Source of the DNA: Fidelibacterota bacterium
Lineage (GTDB): Bacteria; Fidelibacterota; Marinisomatia; Marinisomatales; TCS55
NCBI GenBank assembly: GCA_027251445.1
Contig: JAPNQO010000065.1
Span: forward strand, 1-32,878
Direction: 5' to 3'
DNA: 32,878 bases
Below are positions 1 through 8,389 of this stretch, one piece after another. Position 1 is the stretch's first letter. Each line of letters opens with the position of its first letter. Below the pieces are notes generated by a model. It did not search any database. It was not told the origin of the DNA and saw nothing but the letters and a program-made list of their open reading frames with translations. The position numbers and the translations under genes were made by a program.

Positions 1-1868
1 GAACGATCATAAATGGTTCCACCAGTTGCTAAATTACGAGTAGGGGAGAATGCTAAGGGAAATCTTGGATCATAATCACCTGAATAACTTGTATTTAAAT
101 AACTTTGAAAGAACCAGTTTTTATATACCATTCTTCCATGAACATATCGATACACCCAGCCATCAGCCAAATATCTAGCAATACCAGTAATATTTATATT
201 TCTTGCTTTTGCATACCCATGCGAGACACTAAGGGTTAAGTCTGGGTTTAATTCCCAATCAGCCCTGACATCATAACGGTAATTTTCAACTCTAAAATCT
301 GGATAATCATCAATACCATCTTCGTTTGCATCCTTTATAATCGTTGCAAGTCCACCATAATTCATTTTGAAGTCTCCTTCGCCATCATAGATGCCATCTC
401 CATTAGAATCAAAAATTAATCTTCCATCTTTTGTGTATTTGAACTCTCCTAAGCCAACTTCAGGAAGTGTACTACCTATACGATCAGTCCAAGACATCCC
501 AATTTCATCTAATTCATCAATTTCGCCATCGCCATCATTATCTACTCCATCATACCAACGTTCAGGTGAATCATCAATGCCCGAGTCAATTTTTTCATCA
601 ATTAAACCATTATTATTATTATCAACTCCATCTGCATATTTTTTCCCAAGCATTTCTTGAGTAACAAACCATAATATCATTCCATTTGGAAGAGTATATC
701 GATGGAATGGGTCACTGGCAGCCATATCAATCATTTCTTGAGTAATCTCCGGAGAACCTGTTTCTCCATCTCGTATGAAATTTGCATTATCAATATTATC
801 TGCAAATCTCCTGCCAACCCAATATGCTTCTGAACCTTCCCATACGCCTAACATTTCCTCAGTAAAATCTGGGCCTGATTCTCCAGTTGTCCCACCATCA
901 TCGATTCCGTTATTAGTTAATCTTGGACGACCTATAAATGCAGGATCATGTCCTTCAAATTCGTCAGGATTATAATGGTGCCAGTCTTCACCTCGAAAAA
1001 CTACACCAGATACTTTAAATCCAAATTTTCCAAGTTTTCTTCCACCAATATTAAGATTCTCAAAAGTAGATGCATGACGCATCGTAAATTTTTGCATTGG
1101 GTCAGAATTTGTCTGAGATAATTTTCCTCCTTGGATATTTATACTTGTGGCATTGCCATCCAAAGGTGAACTGGTAATAATATTTAAAACACCTGTATAC
1201 GCATTTGGACCATATAATGCAGAGGATGGACCTAATACTACTTCAATTTGTTTTACATCTTCGAAAGATACTGGAATTACATTATATGCAATTAATCTTA
1301 ATGATGGAACGTTTGCCATCCTTCCATCTGTTAAAGTTAAAAGCCTAGAACTAAAAGAAGTATTGAACCCTCTTGCGCTTAAGTTGTAACTATCAATTCC
1401 AGATTGAGTGAACTCCAGGCCTTTTACTGTTTTCATATAGTCACCCAGGTTGGTGTTACTTTCACGGCGAATATCTTTTTCCGTTATTACGCTTATAGCA
1501 GCAGGGGCATCTTCTACACGCTCCCGTTTTCTTGAAGCGGTTACAACATATGTTTGCATTTGAATTGTTTCACTTGCTAGTAAAACATCAACAATTAATT
1601 CTTCATTTGCTGTTACAGTTACAGTTTGTTCTTTTATTTCATAACCGATATATGTGATTTTTAAAAGATGTTCGCCAGCAGGAACAGTAGATATACGATA
1701 TAAACCTTCCATATCTGTGGCTGCACCCATTGTTGTTCCATCAATAACAATGTTTGCTCCAATAAGGGGGTCACCATTGTCTAAATCTGTTACTACACCC
1801 TTAATTGAACCCGATTGTCCAATGATTATTGAAGTAGATATTAAAAAAAGTAAAAGATAATTTTTCAT
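1..1868 (-). CDS. TonB-dependent outer membrane receptor with N-terminal carboxypeptidase-regulatory-like domain; partial, runs off the left edge
   Basis: Not in the ORF track. Manual translation from ATG 1868: MKNYLLLFLISTSIIIGQSGSIKGVVTDLDNGDPLIGANIVIDGTTMGAATDMEG... then plug motifs VVTASRKRERVEDAPAAISVI, ARGFN and IEVVLGPSSALYGPNAYTGVLNIIT; no stop codon seen down to base 1. Confidence 0.93.
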   Translation of the reverse strand, partial: MKNYLLLFLISTSIIIGQSGSIKGVVTDLDNGDPLIGANIVIDGTTMGAATDMEGLYRISTVPAGEHLLKITYIGYEIKEQTVTVTANEELIVDVLLASETIQMQTYVVTASRKRERVEDAPAAISVITEKDIRRESNTNLGDYMKTVKGLEFTQSGIDSYNLSARGFNTSFSSRLLTLTDGRMANVPSLRLIAYNVIPVSFEDVKQIEVVLGPSSALYGPNAYTGVLNIITSSPLDGNATSINIQGGKLSQTNSDPMQKFTMRHASTFENLNIGGRKLGKFGFKVSGVVFRGEDWHHYNPDEFEGHDPAFIGRPRLTNNGIDDGGTTGESGPDFTEEMLGVWEGSEAYWVGRRFADNIDNANFIRDGETGSPEITQEMIDMAASDPFHRYTLPNGMILWFVTQEMLGKKYADGVDNNNNGLIDEKIDSGIDDSPERWYDGVDNDGDGEIDELDEIGMSWTDRIGSTLPEVGLGEFKYTKDGRLIFDSNGDGIYDGEGDFKMNYGGLATIIKDANEDGIDDYPDFRVENYRYDVRADWELNPDLTLSVSHGYAKARNINITGIARYLADGWVYRYVHGRMVYKNWFFQSYLNTSYSGDYDPRFPLAFSPTRNLATGGTIYDR

Positions 1869-1880
1869 AGACTCACTCGT

Positions 1881-1923
1881 AAAAACAGACAGCCCTAATC
1901 TATACGGTTAGAGCTGTCTGTTT
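1881..1923 (-). terminator. Intrinsic terminator-like hairpin between the 767-aa gene and the TBDR
   Basis: Minus strand AAACAGACAGCTCTAA-ccgtataga-TTAGGGCTGTCTGTTT(TT): 16-bp stem with one G-U pair, ending in a U5 run. Confidence 0.8.
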
Positions 1924-1951
1924 GATTTTTTCAACTAATGAAAATAATAAA

Positions 1952-4255
1952 TTATTTCATTAATGTCATTTTCTTAGTTGCATTGTATTTACCTGCTGTT
2001 ACACGGTAAATATACATACCACTGGAAAGCATGTTTCCAGTTGCGTCACGACCATTAAAGGTTATTTTGTGACGTCCAGCATTCAAATTGCCAGAGTGTA
2101 CAGTTGCAACTTGTTGACCCATAACATTCCATATCGTTAATTCAGTATACGCATCCTCAGGAAGATCAATAGCAATCTGAGTGCTTGGATTGAATGGGTT
2201 TGGATAGTTGTCATATAGTGCAAACTTTTTTGGAATCATTGAATCTTCAGATTCTACACTAACGCCACCTTCATTTGCAAATACTGGGTTAACACGTTGT
2301 GTGGAAAAATCAGGTATACAATTATTTCCAACCTGGAAGACTAAACGACCATTTGTTGCAGGATCTCCTCCTGTCATATGAAAGTCATCAACATAAAAAG
2401 ATCCATGGTCATCACCACTTGGCTGTACATGCATTACACCAACCTGTACAACAGCAGGTGTTTCATCTGGTACAGTGCAAGCAAGTGATAGTTCATGCCA
2501 AGCATCAACAGCTGCACCTCTAAAATGTACAGAATCGATACCAATCATTCCCCAGTTACTATTAAAATATTTAGCAAAAAGGACACCATGGCTTCCACCT
2601 TGATTTAAATCATCAGCATTATGAGTATAAAACATAGCGGATACATCAAACATGTCGCCTGCTTCAAAATGTCCAGAAAAAGATTGGAAAAAGTTATTTT
2701 CCATATTTTCTCCACCAGAATACATGCCCCATAGTTTCCGAGCTGAAGTACCATCATAAGCGGTAAACGTATCGTCACTATTATACATTGTTTCACCAGT
2801 GGTTACATTAGCTTGACTGTTTGCATTAGGATAGTTTTCCCAACCAGTAGCATCATTTTCACAACTTGGGTTAGCTAATGGATTAGTAGCTGCTCCAAAG
2901 TCATGGCCTGAATCATTTACTTCTACACCAAGTGAAGTCAATACACCCAATGCATACACAGAAGTTGCTTGAGCAGTTTGAGCTAATACTTGATCTGTTG
3001 GCAGGCCTGCGGCTGATAATACTTGAAATAGACTATCAGCATAGCTTCCAACCGGACCAGCAGCAGCAGCAGCAGTAGTAGAATCCACACCCCATAGCTG
3101 TGCAAGGCCACTAAAAAATGCTGAAGAAACAGCATTTACTGCCATTACTGTAGCGGTTGCCTGATCGTAGCCAGCAGCCATAAACTGCGCAATTGCTGCA
3201 GCAATGTTATCTGGAACACCGTCGCCATCAGCGTCATCACCTGCGGCGGCCTGTATTGCACCAGCTGCAGTTAAAAAGTTACCTGTAAAATAGTAACCAG
3301 TAAATTGCAATGGTTCATCACCAGTAAATGGTGTGCCATCTGCACCAGAAGGATCAAATATATAACCCCACTCTAACTCTGGATTAGGAGTAAAACCATC
3401 AGCGCCATCAATAGCGCCATCGCCGTTCACATCAGCACCTGTACCACCAATCATAGGCCATTCTCCTACATGGATTGCAGGATTTAATGTTGCTAAATAA
3501 GGGATTGTAGTAACGTCACCAAAAGCACCAGTAACCCCAAATGTTCTATTAAGATTACCCTCTGAATCAACACCTAATGTGGTTGCGACACCATCTTGTG
3601 CTTCCCAGTAAACTTCTGCACTTTCGATTCTTTCAAAATTAGCATCGTATTGTGCCGTAATCATACCCCAACAGGTTTTTTCTGTTCCAATACCAAAGTC
3701 AACACCTTCTGTTTCTCCACCAGCTAAATCAGGAGCATACATCTGATTAGCAAAGATTCCAGAAGTTACAATTCCAAAACCCCATGTTGCAGTTCCTGCA
3801 GCTTCATCAACAACAGGCTCACCGCCTAATTGATATGTAGCAGGATCTTCCACCGGCGGAATGGTTAAATTAGTTGAGCAGTTTTCTGTAGTAATAGTTG
3901 GATACGTACCGCTAATAAACATATCCCCATCATCTGATAAATTCAAATACAGATCTACACCATATCCAGCTAACAAAGCTGGGTTTACTAGTGGGGCAGG
4001 AACGACTGCTATAGTATCACCAACATCAAAGCTTAAAAGCTCATGTGTATATAAAGGACTAGCTGCGCTAGGCCAACTAGCAGTTACGCTATATCCATTT
4101 TGTGGATCTTCAACATCAGTCATTTCCCTTACTACATATGTATATTCTAAGTAAACACCAATCATATGATAATAACCACCTAACTGGGCCTGACTTGGCT
4201 GTGGCACGATTAGTGCTATAAAAAGAAAAAGACCTAATAACCTGTTTCTATTCAT
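1952..4255 (-). CDS. Secreted multidomain protein with CBM-like domain and C-terminal FlgD-Ig/T9SS type A (Por) sorting domain
   Basis: Signal peptide (MNRNRLLGLFLFIALIVPQPSQA); C-terminus LYDNYPNPFNPST...IWNVMGQQV...SSGMYIYRV...KKMTLMK; internal NPSCEN..GW...FYVDDF (CBM4/9-like); strong SD AGGAGG at 4261-4266. Confidence 0.85.
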   Translation of the reverse strand: MNRNRLLGLFLFIALIVPQPSQAQLGGYYHMIGVYLEYTYVVREMTDVEDPQNGYSVTASWPSAASPLYTHELLSFDVGDTIAVVPAPLVNPALLAGYGVDLYLNLSDDGDMFISGTYPTITTENCSTNLTIPPVEDPATYQLGGEPVVDEAAGTATWGFGIVTSGIFANQMYAPDLAGGETEGVDFGIGTEKTCWGMITAQYDANFERIESAEVYWEAQDGVATTLGVDSEGNLNRTFGVTGAFGDVTTIPYLATLNPAIHVGEWPMIGGTGADVNGDGAIDGADGFTPNPELEWGYIFDPSGADGTPFTGDEPLQFTGYYFTGNFLTAAGAIQAAAGDDADGDGVPDNIAAAIAQFMAAGYDQATATVMAVNAVSSAFFSGLAQLWGVDSTTAAAAAGPVGSYADSLFQVLSAAGLPTDQVLAQTAQATSVYALGVLTSLGVEVNDSGHDFGAATNPLANPSCENDATGWENYPNANSQANVTTGETMYNSDDTFTAYDGTSARKLWGMYSGGENMENNFFQSFSGHFEAGDMFDVSAMFYTHNADDLNQGGSHGVLFAKYFNSNWGMIGIDSVHFRGAAVDAWHELSLACTVPDETPAVVQVGVMHVQPSGDDHGSFYVDDFHMTGGDPATNGRLVFQVGNNCIPDFSTQRVNPVFANEGGVSVESEDSMIPKKFALYDNYPNPFNPSTQIAIDLPEDAYTELTIWNVMGQQVATVHSGNLNAGRHKITFNGRDATGNMLSSGMYIYRVTAGKYNATKKMTLMK

Positions 4256-4622
4256 TAGTACCTCCTTAAAGTATCTAATTAATTTTCTATCATTAATTAC
4301 TAGACGAACGAATTTTTATACAATTCATAGATCGCTTTACCAAAACTAGTACAGTATTTTGCTAGGGGCAAATATTATTTTTATGATGTGACCTAGCTTA
4401 AAAATTAAATTTTTATACATTTATTTCTTTTTAAATCGATTTGATATTATTCTCATTATACCCCAAAGAAGTATTAGAGTCCCAACTATAAATAAAATGT
4501 TTGCAAGGATTATAGTTTTATTTAGAAAGAGGATAGTAAGCATAAGATAAAGTTACAATTACAGATGCAAGTTTATACATCATATAAAATATATTAGAAC
4601 AAAAATATAATTAATTATTTTC

Positions 4623-4651
4623 TTGCGAAAGAAAATCCCTTTATTTAAAAT
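4623..4651 (+). promoter_or_regulatory. Putative sigma70 promoter of the etf operon
   Basis: TTGCGA (4623-4628), 17 nt spacer, TAAAAT (4646-4651). Confidence 0.55.
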
Positions 4652-4672
4652 AAACCGACCGGTCGGTCTATT
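4649..4672. promoter_or_regulatory. Palindromic operator, TetR-family-like
   Basis: AATA-A-ACCGACCGGTCGGT-C-TATT; perfect 14-bp GC-rich core (4654-4667) in very AT-rich DNA, immediately after the -10 box. Confidence 0.75.
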
Positions 4673-4774
4673 ATTTAAAAATAGTTATGAAAAAAATAAT
4701 ATTCAAACAGCAATTAGATAGAGATATTTTAATTGATTGTTTTCGACTACAAAAATTTGATAATATAGATACAT

Positions 4775-5536
4775 ATGAAAATTGCGGTATTAGTTAAACA
4801 AGTTCCAGGTCCTGAATCGCCACTGCCTCTTGTCTCTAATGAGGATTGGCTAGATGAATCTCAAGTTGCATATATAATGAATGAAAGTGATAATTATGCA
4901 CTAGAAGAAGCTCTGCAGATACGCGAAAAAAATAATGATGGAGAAGTCGTTGTTGTTAGTCTTGGGCCAGATAGGACACAAAAAGTTATTCGTGAAGCTC
5001 TATCAAAAGGAGCTGACCGTGGAATTCATATTCAGTCTCAGGATAAGTATCCAACTGATCCATTATTAGCTGGATCTCTTTTTGCAGAAACGCTCAAAGA
5101 AGAAAATTTTGATATTATTTTTTCTGGGTTACAGTCAGATGATCTTGGGTATGGTCAAACAGGAATTATTTTAGGAGAATTGCTAGGTATGTCTACTGCA
5201 ACTTTAGCAATGTCTACAGAGATCATAAATAATAAAATTAAAGTGAAGCGAGAATTAGAAGCAGGCTATTTTCAATGGGTGACTATGTCTTTACCTGCTA
5301 GTATAAGTGTTCAATCTGGTTGTAATACGCCTAGATATCCTTCACTTAAAGGAATAATGGGTGCTAAGAAAAAAGAAATACATGTTGTAACGCCAAGTGT
5401 GAAAGATCAAAATCAATCAATCAAAAAAATATATGCTCCCAGCAGCGCTAAAGAAACTGTTATGATTGAAGGGTCTGTTGATCAAGTTGTTGAAAAATTA
5501 GTAACTGTTTTTCGTAACGAAATTAAAATTGCTTAA
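4775..5536 (+). CDS. etfB: Electron transfer flavoprotein beta subunit
   Basis: MKIAVLVKQVP, ALEEAL, GADRGIHI, GLQSDDLGYGQTG, PRYPSLKGIMGAKKK. Confidence 0.96.
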   Translation: MKIAVLVKQVPGPESPLPLVSNEDWLDESQVAYIMNESDNYALEEALQIREKNNDGEVVVVSLGPDRTQKVIREALSKGADRGIHIQSQDKYPTDPLLAGSLFAETLKEENFDIIFSGLQSDDLGYGQTGIILGELLGMSTATLAMSTEIINNKIKVKRELEAGYFQWVTMSLPASISVQSGCNTPRYPSLKGIMGAKKKEIHVVTPSVKDQNQSIKKIYAPSSAKETVMIEGSVDQVVEKLVTVFRNEIKIA

Positions 5537-5541
5537 TTAAG

Positions 5542-6513
5542 ATGGATATTTTAGTTGTTTTAGAAGATAATAATGGGACCATTCACCGTATGGGTATTGA
5601 GTCTGTTGCTGCTGCGCAACACATCTCCAATACCTTAGGTCTTTCTACAGGTGCATTGGTAATGGGAAAGAATACAAATTCTTTATTATCTGAAGCATCT
5701 GAATACGATCTAGATGAGGTGTTATTTATTAATAATGAATTACTTAATGAATATTCTTCAGATGGATATGCTGAAGCAGTAAAACAAGTAATCGATCAAG
5801 AAAACCCAACATATGTTTTATTTGGACATTCCTATCAAGTAAGAGATTATGTTCCAAGAGTAAGTGCAAAACTAATGCGGCCTTTTTTAGCAGATAGCAT
5901 ATCTATTCATGTTGATGAAAAAGAAGTTTCACTAACAAAACAAATGTTTAATGCAAAATTATTTACCGATATAAGCCCACATGGGGATACGCCTTTTTTA
6001 ATTAGTTTTCAATCTGCATCTTTTCTTTCAGATGATGCTGTACAAGGCAATGCAAAAACAAGAGAGGTATCGATCAGCTTGGATTCATCTATGATTAAAT
6101 CAGAATCGGAAGAACCTTTCAAAGAATCTTCAGGTGGCGTTGATCTTTCAGCGGCTGAATTGATTGTATCTGTAGGACGTGGTATTGGTAAAGAAGAAAA
6201 TATTCCAATGGTTCAGGATCTTGCTGAAGCTTTAGGAGCAGAAATATCATCCTCTCGGCCAGTAGTAGATTCTGGCTGGCTTCCTCCATCGCATCAGGTA
6301 GGGAGTTCTGGCCAAGCTGTTTCTCCAAAGATGTATTTAGCTTTAGGTATATCTGGCGCCATTCAGCATGTAGTAGGTATGAAGGCTTCAAAGAATATTG
6401 TAGTAATTAATAAAGATCCAGAAGCTCCTATTTTTGAAATTGCTGATTACGGTGTAGTAGGGGATCTATTGGAAATTATTCCTAAACTTACAGAAGCAAT
6501 CCAATCCAAATAG
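5542..6513 (+). CDS. etfA: Electron transfer flavoprotein alpha subunit
   Basis: VSVGRGIG, SSRPVVDSGW, QVGSSG, YLALGISGAIQHVVGM, INKDPEAPIF. Confidence 0.96.
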   Translation: MDILVVLEDNNGTIHRMGIESVAAAQHISNTLGLSTGALVMGKNTNSLLSEASEYDLDEVLFINNELLNEYSSDGYAEAVKQVIDQENPTYVLFGHSYQVRDYVPRVSAKLMRPFLADSISIHVDEKEVSLTKQMFNAKLFTDISPHGDTPFLISFQSASFLSDDAVQGNAKTREVSISLDSSMIKSESEEPFKESSGGVDLSAAELIVSVGRGIGKEENIPMVQDLAEALGAEISSSRPVVDSGWLPPSHQVGSSGQAVSPKMYLALGISGAIQHVVGMKASKNIVVINKDPEAPIFEIADYGVVGDLLEIIPKLTEAIQSK

Positions 6514-6519
6514 TATTTT

Positions 6520-8367
6520 ATGCATGATATTTATTTTTCTTTCGCCGAAAAAATAGTTCTCGGTTTAGGAATTATAACATGTTTGGCCTCATTTATATAT
6601 GAGGTTTCGCGTCGATTACTTATTGTATTCAAAGGCTTGGGTACACTACCATTTGATCGTTTTGGTGCTCGTTTTTGGCGAATGTTCCGAGAAGTGTTTT
6701 TACATGAAAAAGTTGTCAAAGGTCGTTTTTGGCCTGGATTAATGCATGCTTTTGTTTTCTGGGGCTTTGTGATTTTTGGGCTTGTAACAATTGATCATTT
6801 TGCAAAAGGTTTTGGCTTTTCCTTATTAAGTCCTAATGCCCATAAAGTGTATACAATGATTGTTACACCATTTTCTATTCTGGTTATTGTTGGTATTTTA
6901 TCTCTCGCATATCGTCGATTTATTACGAAACCAAAAGCACTAGGGAAGCTATCTCCAACCTCGGGTTTAGTTGCATTTTTCATTGTTGTTTTAATGGTTA
7001 CATATTTAATAGGGGAAAGAGAAATTTCAGCTTTCTTTTGGAAAATTAATTGGTGGATTCATTCAGCTATTATTCTTGCATTTTTATTTTTGATTCCAAG
7101 GTCAAAACATCTTCACTTGGTTCTAGCTCCAATAAATATATTTTTTCGACCATTTGATCAACCAGACCATACCCCTGTAAATATAGATCTTGAAGGGTCA
7201 GAAGAAGAATTAGATGATATGTTAGCAGGGCTCACTAAGATGACCCAAAATCAAGCTCTGGATATTTTTTCATGTGTAGAATGTGGTCGCTGTGTTGATG
7301 TTTGCCCAGCAAATCGAGGAGGCGGGATCCTTGATCCAAAACACCACTTTATTCTTGATTTACGTGAACCACTTTTAGATACAAAAGATGTAGATGTTTT
7401 ATCTCAGATTAATGTGGAAGCAGGTTGGGAGTGTACTACTTGTCAGGCTTGTACAGAGGTTTGCCCTGTAGGTAATCATGTAGAGAAATCAGATGAAATA
7501 AGACGACTAGAAGTATTGGTTGAAGGAAAGGTTCCACAGGAATACCAAAAGTTATTTACTAATTTACAAGAAACTGGAAATACGGAAGGGGCCACAAATA
7601 GCCCATTAGCAGAGAGACTACCAAAGTTTACACAAGATAAAGAATATGTATTATGGTTGGGTTGCTTTGCTCGATATGAACTAGATCCTGAATTCACAAA
7701 ATCTGTAGAGAACTTTACAAAAATTCTTGATGTTGCAAATGTTACTTATGGAATTCTTGAACAGGAACATTGTTCTGGAGATCCAGTTAATCGTTTAGGT
7801 GACAAACTAACGTATTCCATGTTAAGAGAACATAATATGGAACAATTAAGTGAAGCAAAAAAAGTTGTTACTTTATGTCCACATTGTGCATTGAATCTGG
7901 AAAAAGAATATAGTAAATACGATACAATAACTTATACTGTAGAACATCACACTCAAGTGATTGAACAATTAATCACAGATGAACGTATCAAGGTAAATAA
8001 AACTGCAAATGGAAAAATTACGTACCATGACCCATGTAATTTATCAAGGATGCTTGATGAAGTTGATGCTCCAAGAACTGCAATCAATGCTGCTTCAGAC
8101 AATTTTATTGAATTACCTGAATCCGGGAAAAATACTCTCTGTTGCGGAGCCGGAGGTGGCCTTTGGTGGAAAAAAGAAACTACAGGACGCACTCATTTAG
8201 TTCGAGCAGAACAAGTAGTGGAATCTGAAGCAGATACTGTTGTTACTGGTTGCAACTTTTGTTATGGTATGATGAATCAAGGATTAAAACCTCTCACACC
8301 TGAAGGTCGCAATGAGATCAAAGTTAAAGATCTAGCAGATCTCGTTGCAGAAAATATATCTCAGTAG
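6520..8367 (+). CDS. Membrane-bound Fe-S oxidoreductase (NarI-like TM domain, 2x[4Fe-4S], two CCG domains); FadF/ETF:quinone oxidoreductase (EMO)-like
   Basis: TM helices with His (GLMHAFVFWGF, WWIH, SKHLH); CVECGRCVDVCP and CTTCQACTEVCP; WLGC/EHCSG/CPHC and YHDPC/CCGAGGG/CNFC; 6 bp after etfA. Confidence 0.88.
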   Translation: MHDIYFSFAEKIVLGLGIITCLASFIYEVSRRLLIVFKGLGTLPFDRFGARFWRMFREVFLHEKVVKGRFWPGLMHAFVFWGFVIFGLVTIDHFAKGFGFSLLSPNAHKVYTMIVTPFSILVIVGILSLAYRRFITKPKALGKLSPTSGLVAFFIVVLMVTYLIGEREISAFFWKINWWIHSAIILAFLFLIPRSKHLHLVLAPINIFFRPFDQPDHTPVNIDLEGSEEELDDMLAGLTKMTQNQALDIFSCVECGRCVDVCPANRGGGILDPKHHFILDLREPLLDTKDVDVLSQINVEAGWECTTCQACTEVCPVGNHVEKSDEIRRLEVLVEGKVPQEYQKLFTNLQETGNTEGATNSPLAERLPKFTQDKEYVLWLGCFARYELDPEFTKSVENFTKILDVANVTYGILEQEHCSGDPVNRLGDKLTYSMLREHNMEQLSEAKKVVTLCPHCALNLEKEYSKYDTITYTVEHHTQVIEQLITDERIKVNKTANGKITYHDPCNLSRMLDEVDAPRTAINAASDNFIELPESGKNTLCCGAGGGLWWKKETTGRTHLVRAEQVVESEADTVVTGCNFCYGMMNQGLKPLTPEGRNEIKVKDLADLVAENISQ

Positions 8368-8389
8368 TTTTTAATTACATACATGTGCA

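Noticed and set aside
391..1860. Five short plus-strand ORFs in the track
   Set aside because: Antisense shadows of the TonB-dependent receptor; the same applies to the other short ORFs nested within or opposite long genes
3058..3081. (CAG)n/(TAG)n run, and the (ATT)4 run at 609-620
   Set aside because: Short in-frame codon repeats (poly-Ala, poly-Asn), not contingency loci or arrays
4256..4620. Possible riboswitch or sRNA in the long divergent intergenic region
   Set aside because: Only weak AT-rich inverted repeats and no recognisable aptamer motif by eye; an Rfam/Infernal search would be needed
4687..4797. 36-aa ORF (MKKIIFKQQLDRD...) between the operator and etfB, overlapping the etfB start
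   Set aside because: No SD, no recognisable motif, and plausible by chance in AT-rich DNA; cannot be supported without conservation or ribosome profiling
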